Part shown: positions 46,353-55,271 of the stretch, in pieces
Numbering within the stretch: position 1 is the stretch's first letter
Layout: the number at the start of each line of letters is the position of its first letter
Source of the DNA: a virus
Virus record (IMG/VR): IMGVR_UViG_3300025141_000022
Location: 64,001 to 128,000 of that record
DNA: 64,000 nucleotides
Reading direction: 5' to 3' (one strand)
The notes under the pieces: model-generated
Told to the model about the DNA's origin: nothing
Databases searched by the model: none
Seen by the model: the letters and a program-made list of their open reading frames with translations, nothing else
Program-made: the position numbers and the translations under genes

Positions 46353-47361
46353 AAAGAACTTTTCTTCATATGATGATATTCATAGGCTACATGAAGGATT
46401 TAGAAAATGGATAGGTGAGGAACGTGGACCCCCCTCCCCGCTTGGATCCGAAGAAGATGATTCGGGGATTGCTGCCGATGTTGAGCAGGCATATAAATCC
46501 GGCCCAGCATCCGTCCGCGCTTTCATGAACACACCAGAAGGTTCAGATCCGAAAGTTAGACAATTCTTGCATCGAGCACAAGCTGAATATGACGGTTCGG
46601 CATCGGACGACGATATTTCAATCTCGCAGGATGGTGCTAAATCTTTGATGGATATGGTTCCGACTCAAAAATATATTGACCTTATGCAGTCGGTATCCTT
46701 TCCTTTGGGAAGTGTCGGCACTCTTAAAAAGGCAATCGAATCTAAGAAGGGTTTTGGCCCAATTTCGGTTTCGGACCAGTACGTCCTAGATGGACACCAT
46801 CGTTGGTCGGGCCAGTTTGCAATTACGCCAGACGGAACGATCTCGGCTACTAACATCTCGCTCCCTGGAGATGCCCAGCAAAAATTAGCTTCGCTGCAGC
46901 TAGCAATTGCAGCTATTGATCCAAATGCGAAAGATCCGCACCCATCTAAAGGCGGCAGCGCTGCAACGAATATATTAGGAAAAGGCGCCAAAGAGATTTA
47001 CAAAAAGATTTTGGCCAACGTTAACAACCAGACTGATAAAAAGGCCCCCGGCCCACTCCTGAATGATGCCATGATTTCTGAAATTGCACAGTCTCAGGAT
47101 CCAGTTATTTTACAATGGGCGGGCTTGAAGCCTGGACAGGCGACTGAGCCCCAGCAGATCAGAGACGCAATTGCTCAAAGGGTAGCTAATAATCTAGCAC
47201 AGCTTCCCAATTTTGCTGCCGGTGCCCCTGATCGCCCCGACATGCCTCAGCTAGATCATGATTCGATTGGTGGTGCAAAAGGATACCAAAAGATTAAAAG
47301 CCGCCTCGCAACAGGCGATCTAAATGTTGTACCTCCGTTTGATAAAGGAAAGACAGGATAG
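46339..47361 (+). CDS. ParB/sulfiredoxin-fold domain protein with degenerate ENWR-like leader
   Basis: MVPTQKYID and VLDGHHRWS ParB-N motifs; N-terminal RLHEGFRKWIGEE; start may be ATG 46345. Confidence 0.7.
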   Translation: MTMSKKNFSSYDDIHRLHEGFRKWIGEERGPPSPLGSEEDDSGIAADVEQAYKSGPASVRAFMNTPEGSDPKVRQFLHRAQAEYDGSASDDDISISQDGAKSLMDMVPTQKYIDLMQSVSFPLGSVGTLKKAIESKKGFGPISVSDQYVLDGHHRWSGQFAITPDGTISATNISLPGDAQQKLASLQLAIAAIDPNAKDPHPSKGGSAATNILGKGAKEIYKKILANVNNQTDKKAPGPLLNDAMISEIAQSQDPVILQWAGLKPGQATEPQQIRDAIAQRVANNLAQLPNFAAGAPDRPDMPQLDHDSIGGAKGYQKIKSRLATGDLNVVPPFDKGKTG

Positions 47362-47363
47362 TT

Positions 47364-47795
47364 ATGAACAAGACAGAATTAAAGAAGATGTTGAAGCCAC
47401 TAATTAAAGAGTGCATAAAAGAAGCAATATTTGAAGAAGGTGTTCTATCTGGCATTATAACAGAAGTTACGCAAGGACTAGGCTCGACTCAGCAAGTGGT
47501 TACAGCCTCTCCACCCGCACAAGAGCCAGTTGTGGATGAAGCACTTCTAGAAGCCGAGAGGTCAAGAAAGGCCAAACAACAAGAAACAAGAAAAAAGATG
47601 CTAGCCGCCATTGGAAAAAGCACAATGATGGACTCTGGCATGGACTTGTTTGAGGGCACCGAGCCACTACGCGAAGGTGGGGTGCCAAACGCTACTCCAT
47701 CTAAAGGGCCTTTGTCTGGCACCGCACCATCGGATGCAGGAGTTGATATTTCATCTTTGTTTAATAGCAATTGGAAGAAGTTGGCCCAAGGATAA
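47364..47795 (+). CDS. Protein with MKI-like helix leader
   Basis: MNKTELKKMLKPLIKECIKEAIFEE. Confidence 0.65.
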   Translation: MNKTELKKMLKPLIKECIKEAIFEEGVLSGIITEVTQGLGSTQQVVTASPPAQEPVVDEALLEAERSRKAKQQETRKKMLAAIGKSTMMDSGMDLFEGTEPLREGGVPNATPSKGPLSGTAPSDAGVDISSLFNSNWKKLAQG

Positions 47796-47799
47796 TCAC

Positions 47800-48075
47800 A
47801 TGAAGAAGCACCACAATTTAAAAGTAACGCCCCGCAGAAACGAATCCCAAGAAAGGATGATCCGCCGGTTTACCAAAAAGGTTAAAAAAGCTGGAATTAT
47901 TGAAGAGGTAAGGGAACGCAGATTTTACAAGAAGCCTTCGCAGCGCAAGAGAGAAGAGGCTGAACGCCGCAGAAGAGTTCTTGAAAAAGCACAGAGAAAA
48001 GCGCGAGAAAAAGAGAAAAGAGCAACTAATTATAAGCACAGCCGTAAAAATAATAATAGAGGAAGGAGAAGATAA
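47800..48075 (+). CDS. rpsU: 30S ribosomal protein bS21 (phage-encoded; true start ATG 47800)
   Basis: VTPRRNESQERMIRRFTKKVKKAGIIEEVRERRFYKKPSQRKR matches bS21 (E..LRRFK+....G...E.R.R..Y.KPS..R); AAGGA RBS. Confidence 0.85.
   Translation: MKKHHNLKVTPRRNESQERMIRRFTKKVKKAGIIEEVRERRFYKKPSQRKREEAERRRRVLEKAQRKAREKEKRATNYKHSRKNNNRGRRR
48025..48033 (+). promoter_or_regulatory. Putative late promoter motif ACTAATTAT (in bS21 3' end)
   Basis: About 43 nt upstream of the gene at 48076. Confidence 0.4.
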
Positions 48076-48501
48076 ATGGCATTCAATCGTCACGCAAAAA
48101 ATATGGTCGGAAATGTGTATGGGCCAGGAATTAGCCATGTTGGCTCTTATCAGGTTTCATGTCGCCCCTATATAACCGGCTCATCAGGTCTTGCCGCTGG
48201 ACAAGAAGCACAACACAAGTTTCCAGCAGTTTCAAGAAGTATTACAGTGATAAATCACGCAAATACCGCTCTTAGAGTACATTTTAATAATACGGGTTCC
48301 GGCCGCGTAGTTGATGGACTACACTATATAGAACTAGATAGCGATGAGGACTCTATCACAATGAATGTCCGCGCCAAAGAAATTTGGATTTCCTCTGCAG
48401 ACGACGGCGGCAGCAACAGAGTCTATAGAGTCGTCGCAGAACTAACTACAATTAGAACAGAAGAAATGTACGCCATGACTGGTTCAGGCTTAACAGATTA
48501 A
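48076..48501 (+). CDS. Putative virion structural protein (141 aa, beta-rich)
   Basis: GGAAGGAG RBS; first gene of the fibre cluster. Confidence 0.6.
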   Translation: MAFNRHAKNMVGNVYGPGISHVGSYQVSCRPYITGSSGLAAGQEAQHKFPAVSRSITVINHANTALRVHFNNTGSGRVVDGLHYIELDSDEDSITMNVRAKEIWISSADDGGSNRVYRVVAELTTIRTEEMYAMTGSGLTD

Positions 48502-48516
48502 AAGGAGATTTAGATA

Positions 48517-49233
48517 ATGGGATTTGGAAGCGGAGGCGGCTTTAAGGGCGGCGGAACAAACTTATCAGACTTAGATGTAGATTCTGGTACTATAAGCGTA
48601 GATACAGACAATAACAGGGTGGGCATTGGAACAACATCTCCGAGCCATACACTTGTTGTGGACTCCAATAGCGGCGAAGAAGGATTGCAGGTCAATGGAG
48701 CGCGGAATCAATATGCCGCAAGCATCCGTTCAAGCACGCGGACTGGAGAGGGCTACGGCCCCTACTTTCGCGGTGGAACCAACTCGTCTGATGCGGCATT
48801 GACAATCGATAGTGCAGACGGCACATCCAACTACCTGAAGATTCGCGGTGATGGCAACGTAGGGATTGGAACGGCAAGTCCTGACTGCACACTTCATGTC
48901 GCAGGAGCAGCAGCGTTCTCTGGACCAAGTGAGACGTTTGCCACGTTCAGTGCATCAGACACCACTCCATCAGTTTCGTCTGCTAACTTATTCAAGACGC
49001 ACGCTAGCACGCAGACTTTAACAATGTTTGATGATGGCATCACCGGCCAAACAATCACGATCATTTCAACAGCCGCTGTTACATATGATGTGACAAGCAC
49101 CAACTTAAAAGGCGGCTCGACAAACATAACAACTGCTAATGGTGATGTCACTCAATGGATTTTTGACGGAACGAACTGGTATCTATTATCTTGGATGGAC
49201 GTTAGTGCAAATTTATCTAGCGGCGGATTTTAA
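48517..49233 (+). CDS. Tail fibre-like protein
   Basis: NRVGIGTTSPSHTLVV and GNVGIGTASPDCTLHVAG fibre repeats; C-terminal FDGTNWY module. Confidence 0.7.
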   Translation: MGFGSGGGFKGGGTNLSDLDVDSGTISVDTDNNRVGIGTTSPSHTLVVDSNSGEEGLQVNGARNQYAASIRSSTRTGEGYGPYFRGGTNSSDAALTIDSADGTSNYLKIRGDGNVGIGTASPDCTLHVAGAAAFSGPSETFATFSASDTTPSVSSANLFKTHASTQTLTMFDDGITGQTITIISTAAVTYDVTSTNLKGGSTNITTANGDVTQWIFDGTNWYLLSWMDVSANLSSGGF

Positions 49234-49251
49234 TAGATTAAGGAGTAACCA

Positions 49252-52200
49252 ATGTCGAAATATGGATGGGCGTATATATCACTTGATACACTGCAATCTA
49301 ACGGTTCCCCGACCGGCTCATTGCAGTTTTATGTTAACAAGACTACAACTTCAGGAAGCCAAAAGCTGCTATGGCTTACGGCATCAAACACTTTTGTTGT
49401 TGGTGCTCCCCATACATATGATATTGGCGCAACTAACCCAAGTGGTCCAGGCTGCGCTATGCAGGTTATTGGTGATGTTCATGTCACCGGAGCAATTAGA
49501 GCAACAGAATATTACGTTCAAACAGTATCTTCTAGCGTAACATATGCGGCCGGCTCACATAAATTTGGTGATGATTCCAACGATATACATCAAGTTACTG
49601 GTAGTTTAAGATTAGCAGCGGCTAGTGCGCTCATGGTCAGTGGGAGCACCACTTTGGGCGATGCCGCATCCGATGTTACCACCTTAACCGGCCAAGTTAC
49701 TGCCTCTGCCGGCGTTCTTCTTAATAGTACTTTAGATGTTGCCGGAAACACAACTTTGGGCAACGCGAATACTGATGTAGTAACATCGACGGCGCAACTA
49801 ACAGCATCTTCAGGATTAGTTGTGCTTGGGTCTGACGGATTGGTTGTTGCCAATGCGATCCCGGCACAATTCTTAGGAAACACAACCTTGGGGAACGCTG
49901 CCTCCGACGTTATTACTATGACAGGCCAACTGACGGCCTCAGCACCAGTTCTTCTTTCTGGTGAAGAAATTAAACTTGGAAATGCTGCCGCCGATGTTGT
50001 TACGCTGGTTGGTCAGATGACCGCATCGGCCGGAACTCAATTTGTCGGTCCTGCAGAATTTCAAGGCAACGTATCTCTCGGTAATGCTGCAGCCGATAAA
50101 ATCACGTTAACAGGCCAGATGACCGCATCGGCCGGAACTCAATTTGGCGGACCTGCAGATTTTCAAGGTAATGTAACCCTAGGTAACGCTGTTTCTGATG
50201 TTATCACTGTAACAGGTCAAGTCACTTCTTCACATGAAGCTTTGTGGAGTTCAAACTTTATAATGAACGACGACAAAAAGCTTTATTTTGGAATCGGAAA
50301 AGATGCCCACATTGAATATGACGAAGACGGCGCAGACATCTTAAGAATCTCTGGACCAACCGTGGGAACCGCAATTAGCGGCTCAGTGGCTCTAAATGCT
50401 AGCCAGTACTTAAACTTTGGAGCCCTATTCGGAACAAATGGATATGGAATCAGAGATAACAGTGGTGTAATTGAATTTAAGAGTTCTGGCGGAACTTGGG
50501 AGACAATCGCTGATACGGACAATTCAGGCTCTGCCTTGGTTCACTCTACTGCACTCATGGTGACTGAGGGAGACTTAAGAGTTTCTGGTTCAGCCACTCT
50601 TGGTAACGCCGCCGCAGATGTTATTACGATGGTGGGTCAACTAACTGCCTCCAATGGAGTTTCTTTCACCGGGCCAGATATTAATTTTGGAAATGCGGCC
50701 TCAGATGTTATTACACTAACAGGCCAAATGACAGCCTCTAATGGAGTTCAATTCACGGGCCCTGTAGATTTTCAAGGTAATGCAACTCTTGGCAATGCTG
50801 CTTCAGATGTTGTTACAATAACTAGTCAGGTCACGGCATCAAATGGAGTTCAGTTTTCCGGGCCTACAGATTTCCAGGGCAATGTGACTCTTGGTAATGC
50901 TGTTTCTGATATCGTCACATTGACAAGCCAACTCACTGCATCTACCGGGATTCGTTTAAACGATGATGTAAGACTAGCTCTTGGTACAGATTCCGACGCC
51001 GACTTGAGGCATAATGGGACCAATCTTGTTTTTGATAACTCCACTGGACACTTTATTGTTGATAACAGAGCAGTTGATAAAGATATTAGACTTATTCTGG
51101 GTACCGATACCGCCGATACTAAGTTTGCAGTTAGGGATAATAGCGGCAACAACCTATTTGCTGTCGGCGGCAATGGCAATCATACTATCGGCAACACAGC
51201 AGCCGACGTTATTACTATAACGGGCCAAGTTACTGCTTCTAACGGTGTTCTCCTTAATAGCACTTTAGATGTTGCTGGCAATACAACCTTGGGTAATGCC
51301 GCATCCGATGTTATCACTCTAACGGGCCAAGTTACCTCTTCAGCAGGGATGTTGTTAAATTCCCACATCTCAGCCAGCTTTGTTACAGCGTCATACTTTA
51401 AGGGAGATGGTTCCCAGCTTACAAATGTTAGTGCTGTTGGTACTTCTGGCTCTGCTTTATTGCATTCTACTACTCATATGGTGACTGAAGGTGCCCTAGG
51501 CGTATCTGGTTCTTCTGTTCTTATGGGGTCAGTGGGGATTGGGACGGACAGCCCTTCTCACACTTTACAAGTTGATTCGAATTCTGGGGTAGAGGGCCTG
51601 CAAGTTAATGGCGCCCAGAACCAATATGTTGCCAGTTTTAGGGCGAATACAACCACAGGAAAATCCTATGGCCCTTATGTGCGCGGAGGTACGAACTCTT
51701 CCGATGCTGCATTGATAGTAGAAAATGCCACTGGAACAACATCATTCCTCAAAATAACTGGTGAGGGCAAACTCGGTATCGGTGTTTCAGATCCAGATCA
51801 ACAGCTTGAAGTAGGGGGGAACATACATCTTTCCAGCGAAGTGACTGCTCCATCTGCTCCCTCCGCCGGCGATGGTGGTATTCTATATGTTAAGGCAAAC
51901 GGAAAACTGTATTGGATCTCTGATGATGTAGCGGAGACAGATCTCACGGCCGGCGGAGGAGGCTCAGCCTCTGGGTCCGCCGAAGTTCATTCTACCACAT
52001 TTATGGTGACCCAAGGGGCCTTGAGGTGTTCAGGTTCAGCCACATTGGGTGACGCTGCCTCAGACGTTGTTACACTAACCGGTCAAGTTACCGCTTCTGC
52101 AGGAACGTTCTTAAATGGTCATCAGATCATCAAAAGAGTCGCAAAAACATCAAATTATAGCGCCGGCGCCACTGATTATTTGATTGGAGTTAATTCCGCC

Positions 52201-52422
52201 GGCGGCACTGTGGATATTACAATCCCTTCTGCTGGTAGTACTGCTGCAGGACGAACTCTTGTAATTAAAGATGAGGGCGGATCGTCAGCATCCAATAGAA
52301 TTCGAATTACAGGCTCTAATGACGGAGACTTGATTGACGGCTCTCAGTATGTTGATTTAGAATCCGCATATGCGGCCTTGACGCTGTACTGTGACGGTTC
52401 TAATAAGTGGTATATTCTCTAA
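49252..52422 (+). CDS. Long tail fibre-like protein with about 29-33 aa (L/F)GNAASDVITLTGQxTASxG repeats
   Basis: More than a dozen imperfect repeats; FKGDGSQLTN; VGIGT..P fibre motifs; C-terminal ITIP...LVIKDEGG...IDG...Y...DG..W module. Confidence 0.75.
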   Translation: MSKYGWAYISLDTLQSNGSPTGSLQFYVNKTTTSGSQKLLWLTASNTFVVGAPHTYDIGATNPSGPGCAMQVIGDVHVTGAIRATEYYVQTVSSSVTYAAGSHKFGDDSNDIHQVTGSLRLAAASALMVSGSTTLGDAASDVTTLTGQVTASAGVLLNSTLDVAGNTTLGNANTDVVTSTAQLTASSGLVVLGSDGLVVANAIPAQFLGNTTLGNAASDVITMTGQLTASAPVLLSGEEIKLGNAAADVVTLVGQMTASAGTQFVGPAEFQGNVSLGNAAADKITLTGQMTASAGTQFGGPADFQGNVTLGNAVSDVITVTGQVTSSHEALWSSNFIMNDDKKLYFGIGKDAHIEYDEDGADILRISGPTVGTAISGSVALNASQYLNFGALFGTNGYGIRDNSGVIEFKSSGGTWETIADTDNSGSALVHSTALMVTEGDLRVSGSATLGNAAADVITMVGQLTASNGVSFTGPDINFGNAASDVITLTGQMTASNGVQFTGPVDFQGNATLGNAASDVVTITSQVTASNGVQFSGPTDFQGNVTLGNAVSDIVTLTSQLTASTGIRLNDDVRLALGTDSDADLRHNGTNLVFDNSTGHFIVDNRAVDKDIRLILGTDTADTKFAVRDNSGNNLFAVGGNGNHTIGNTAADVITITGQVTASNGVLLNSTLDVAGNTTLGNAASDVITLTGQVTSSAGMLLNSHISASFVTASYFKGDGSQLTNVSAVGTSGSALLHSTTHMVTEGALGVSGSSVLMGSVGIGTDSPSHTLQVDSNSGVEGLQVNGAQNQYVASFRANTTTGKSYGPYVRGGTNSSDAALIVENATGTTSFLKITGEGKLGIGVSDPDQQLEVGGNIHLSSEVTAPSAPSAGDGGILYVKANGKLYWISDDVAETDLTAGGGGSASGSAEVHSTTFMVTQGALRCSGSATLGDAASDVVTLTGQVTASAGTFLNGHQIIKRVAKTSNYSAGATDYLIGVNSAGGTVDITIPSAGSTAAGRTLVIKDEGGSSASNRIRITGSNDGDLIDGSQYVDLESAYAALTLYCDGSNKWYIL

Positions 52423-52526
52423 AAAATATTTTATTCAATTAATCGCTATATAGTGGCGACTCTTGGAATCTTTTTAAATTGTGTAAAAAAAGCTGAAAAG
52501 TAGATCGGATATTTCATAGAGATGCG

Positions 52527-52535
52527 ACTAAATAT
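52527..52535 (+). promoter_or_regulatory. Variant late promoter motif ACTAAATAT
   Basis: Intergenic, followed by a structured leader and a GGAGG RBS. Confidence 0.35.
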
Positions 52536-52617
52536 AAGTGAAGAGAGTGGGGGTGCTTTCGCGAGTGCCGCTCGTTCATTCGGGTTTTTTATTTAAATAA
52601 TGGAGGGAAACAAATAA

Positions 52618-53997
52618 ATGGCTTATAAAGTAAATATAGGATCATTTGACAGTGTTGGGCAAATAACAGCTTCCGCTGGCATAATGATCGCAGACGATCA
52701 AAAGATTGTTCTCGGAGCAAACGAGGACTCTACGATTGAGTATGATGAAAATGGGGCTAATGCGGTTCGTTGGACTATTCCAACAGCCGGATTATGGCTT
52801 TCGGGGAATGTTAGTTTTGCAGATGGATCATTTGACGTTGATATTGCGTCTCACGATACTAGCAATGGTCTTAAGCTTGGCGGCGTGCTCGTCTCAGCGA
52901 CCGCTGCTGAACTAAACAAGCTTGACGGCTACAGTGGAACAACTGGCGAGCTTAACTATGTGGACACCGGTGTGTCTGTTGGTACTGTTGCTGCTTCTAA
53001 AGCAGTCGTAGTGGACGCCAACAAAGAAATTACTGGCTTCACAGCTATTACTGCATCGTTCTTTAAGGGCGACGGTTCTCAGCTTACAAATCTGCCTGCT
53101 GGCGGTGGTTCTGGTTCTGCCAATATTCACGCAGACGACTTCATGGTATCTGAAGGGGTTTTGAGATGTTCAGGATCGGCTATTTTTGGTAATGCCGCTG
53201 CTGATGTTGTTTCAGTGGTCGGACAGATGACAGCTTCTGCTGGCGTGTTGTTCACAGGCCCAGACATCAAGTTTGGTAATGCTGCTGCTGATGTTGTTTC
53301 AGTGGTCGGACAGATGACAGCTTCTGCTGGCGTGTTGTTCACAGGCCCAGACATCAAGTTTGGTAATGCTGCTGCTGATGTTGTTACGTTAACTGCACAG
53401 GTAACTGCTTCTGCTGGTGTCAAGTGTTCATCAACTTTTGAAGTTGCTGGAGCCGCAGAATTTGATGGTGATGTCGAACTAGGTAATGCTGGAGCAGACA
53501 CAATTGACATCAAGGGACAGGCATCAGCTTCTGCTGGTCTTTCTATCAAAGACGACATCAAGCTTGGGTTTGGTAGCAACGATGATGGTCAGATCTGGTA
53601 TGATGAAACCGGCGCAAACATTATGCGTTTTGCTATTCCAGCAGGCGGACTTGCTATGAGTGGTACCGTTGATATGGTTGAGAGTGCAATTATCTCTCAG
53701 GCAAAATTGCGTGGTGCTTCGGTTTCTGGCGATACAACAATTGCTGATAACAACTACTACACAATCTGGGTAGTCAACACATCTGGTGGATCACACACCA
53801 TCACTTTGCCAACTGCGGCTGATAACCTAGGTCGTGTTATTATCGTTAAAGATGGTAGTGGCCACGCCGCTAGCAACGCTCTGACAGTTGATGGAGAAAG
53901 TTCCGAAACCATCGATGGTCAAGCTAGCATCACTATTGATTCAGCCTATGGTGCTGTATCATTATGGTGTAATGGCTCTGCATGGCTTATCTGGTAA
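52618..53997 (+). CDS. Tail fibre-like protein, paralog of 49252..52422
   Basis: Same FGNAAADVV..VGQMTASAG repeats, FKGDGSQLTN and C-terminal ITLP...IVKDG...IDG...YG...W module. Confidence 0.75.
   Translation: MAYKVNIGSFDSVGQITASAGIMIADDQKIVLGANEDSTIEYDENGANAVRWTIPTAGLWLSGNVSFADGSFDVDIASHDTSNGLKLGGVLVSATAAELNKLDGYSGTTGELNYVDTGVSVGTVAASKAVVVDANKEITGFTAITASFFKGDGSQLTNLPAGGGSGSANIHADDFMVSEGVLRCSGSAIFGNAAADVVSVVGQMTASAGVLFTGPDIKFGNAAADVVSVVGQMTASAGVLFTGPDIKFGNAAADVVTLTAQVTASAGVKCSSTFEVAGAAEFDGDVELGNAGADTIDIKGQASASAGLSIKDDIKLGFGSNDDGQIWYDETGANIMRFAIPAGGLAMSGTVDMVESAIISQAKLRGASVSGDTTIADNNYYTIWVVNTSGGSHTITLPTAADNLGRVIIVKDGSGHAASNALTVDGESSETIDGQASITIDSAYGAVSLWCNGSAWLIW
53185..53385 (+). repeat. Near-perfect 87-bp (29-codon) tandem repeat, about 2.3 copies
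   Basis: GGTAATGC.GCTGCTGATGTTGTT recurs at 53188, 53275 and 53362 with essentially identical intervening sequence. Confidence 0.9.
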
Positions 53998-54018
53998 ATC
54001 AAAGATAGATACACTTCT

Positions 54019-54049
54019 GAGGGCACCTTCTATGGGTGCCCTCTTTTTT
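54019..54049 (+). terminator. Intrinsic terminator after fibre genes
   Basis: GAGGGCACC-ttctatg-GGTGCCCTC followed by TTTTTT. Confidence 0.85.
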
Positions 54050-54080
54050 ACATCAAAAACGGCTTTAAAAGATTTAAGTT

Positions 54081-54089
54081 ACTATTTAT
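54081..54089 (+). promoter_or_regulatory. Putative late promoter motif ACTATTTAT
   Basis: Intergenic, right after the terminator and upstream of the scaffold/capsid genes. Confidence 0.6.
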
Positions 54090-54150
54090 TTTTGACAGAA
54101 AACCATTTTTTTGAGTAATAGTGTTTTTTTTTATTTTTAGGAGATTATAG

Positions 54151-55254
54151 ATGTCATCAATGTTACAGCAGGCTATTATAGACGCATCGGCCTTAAGAGA
54201 GGCCGCCGTTAAAAACGCAGAAGCCGCTATTATTGAAAAGTACACACACGAAATTAAGAATGCCGTAGATTCCCTTTTGGAACAAGAGGAAGAATTAGGG
54301 CTAGAAGAAGATCCTTTGGCTATGGAAGAGCCTGGAGCCGAAGAAGCTCCTGCCGCAGTTCCCGAAGCCCCAGCGGCGCACACCGAGGGAGAAAATCTTT
54401 GCCCCTGCCCAGAAGATGAGGAGGAAGTGGAGATTGTTTTTGATGAGTTGGCAAGCCAATTTGCTGCAGAACAGGATGTTGGCAAGTCTCATGAAGAGTT
54501 AGCCGGCGGCATTCCACAAGCCGCGCCCCCTACACCTCTAGGAGAGGGCAATAAGAAGGAAGAAGAAGTTGTCGAAGAAGAATTAGTCGAAGAAGGCGAC
54601 GAAAATGTCGAAATCTCAGAGGAGCTATTAAAAAGTGTTATTTTTGAACTCACTGAAGACGAAAATGTTGAACTAGATGACGACAAGGTTAAAGAAATAG
54701 CAGAAAAGCTAGCTGTAGATATTAAAGTTGTGCCAAATGCACCAAATGCAGCCGCTCAGTTTACACCATCTGGCGAACAAGAGCATGCAGCCGACTTAGA
54801 ATTGGCCGCTCAGCAAGATGACGAGTTAGCTGAAGAAAACGACGAACTCAAGAAAGCTGTAAAAGAACTTGAGGAAAATATTAAAGATTTAAAAACTGAA
54901 AACAAGAGATATAAAGATACTGTTTTGCAATTAAAGGATAAATTTGACGAAGTGAATCTTTCAAATGCAAAACTACTATATACGAACCGAGTATTGGAAA
55001 GCACCTCCTTGAATGAGCGACAAAAAGAACAAATTGTCGAAACTCTTTCAAATGCCAGTTCGATTAGCGAGGCGAAGGTTATTTTTGAAACACTTCAAAG
55101 CACAGTGGGAGCTTCTACTAAGAAAACTCCACAATCACTGAGCGAAGCTGTGACAAGAGGAGCCTCAACCATGCTGCCTAGAAGGCAAAAAAGACAAAAT
55201 GTTAACGATCCAACAACGACTAGATGGAGACAACTAGCCGGGATCGAAAAATAA
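54151..55254 (+). CDS. Prohead scaffold/core protein (T4 gp22-like)
   Basis: Very acidic, coiled-coil, many L/I-x-E sites, directly upstream of the major capsid gene; LNEVNLSNAKLLY-type segment; AGGAG RBS. Confidence 0.75.
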   Translation: MSSMLQQAIIDASALREAAVKNAEAAIIEKYTHEIKNAVDSLLEQEEELGLEEDPLAMEEPGAEEAPAAVPEAPAAHTEGENLCPCPEDEEEVEIVFDELASQFAAEQDVGKSHEELAGGIPQAAPPTPLGEGNKKEEEVVEEELVEEGDENVEISEELLKSVIFELTEDENVELDDDKVKEIAEKLAVDIKVVPNAPNAAAQFTPSGEQEHAADLELAAQQDDELAEENDELKKAVKELEENIKDLKTENKRYKDTVLQLKDKFDEVNLSNAKLLYTNRVLESTSLNERQKEQIVETLSNASSISEAKVIFETLQSTVGASTKKTPQSLSEAVTRGASTMLPRRQKRQNVNDPTTTRWRQLAGIEK

Positions 55255-55271
55255 AAAGGAGAAAACAAAAT

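Noticed and set aside
47650-47799. N-terminal extensions given by the ORF track for bS21, MCP (55224), 32440, 33830, 37814 and 38233
   Set aside because: They overlap upstream genes; better RBS-associated starts lie downstream (47800, 55272, 32524, 33857, 37868, 38311).
48517-53997. Diversity-generating retroelement targeting the fibre genes
   Set aside because: No reverse transcriptase and no TR/VR pair differing at adenines; the repeats are protein-level tandem units.
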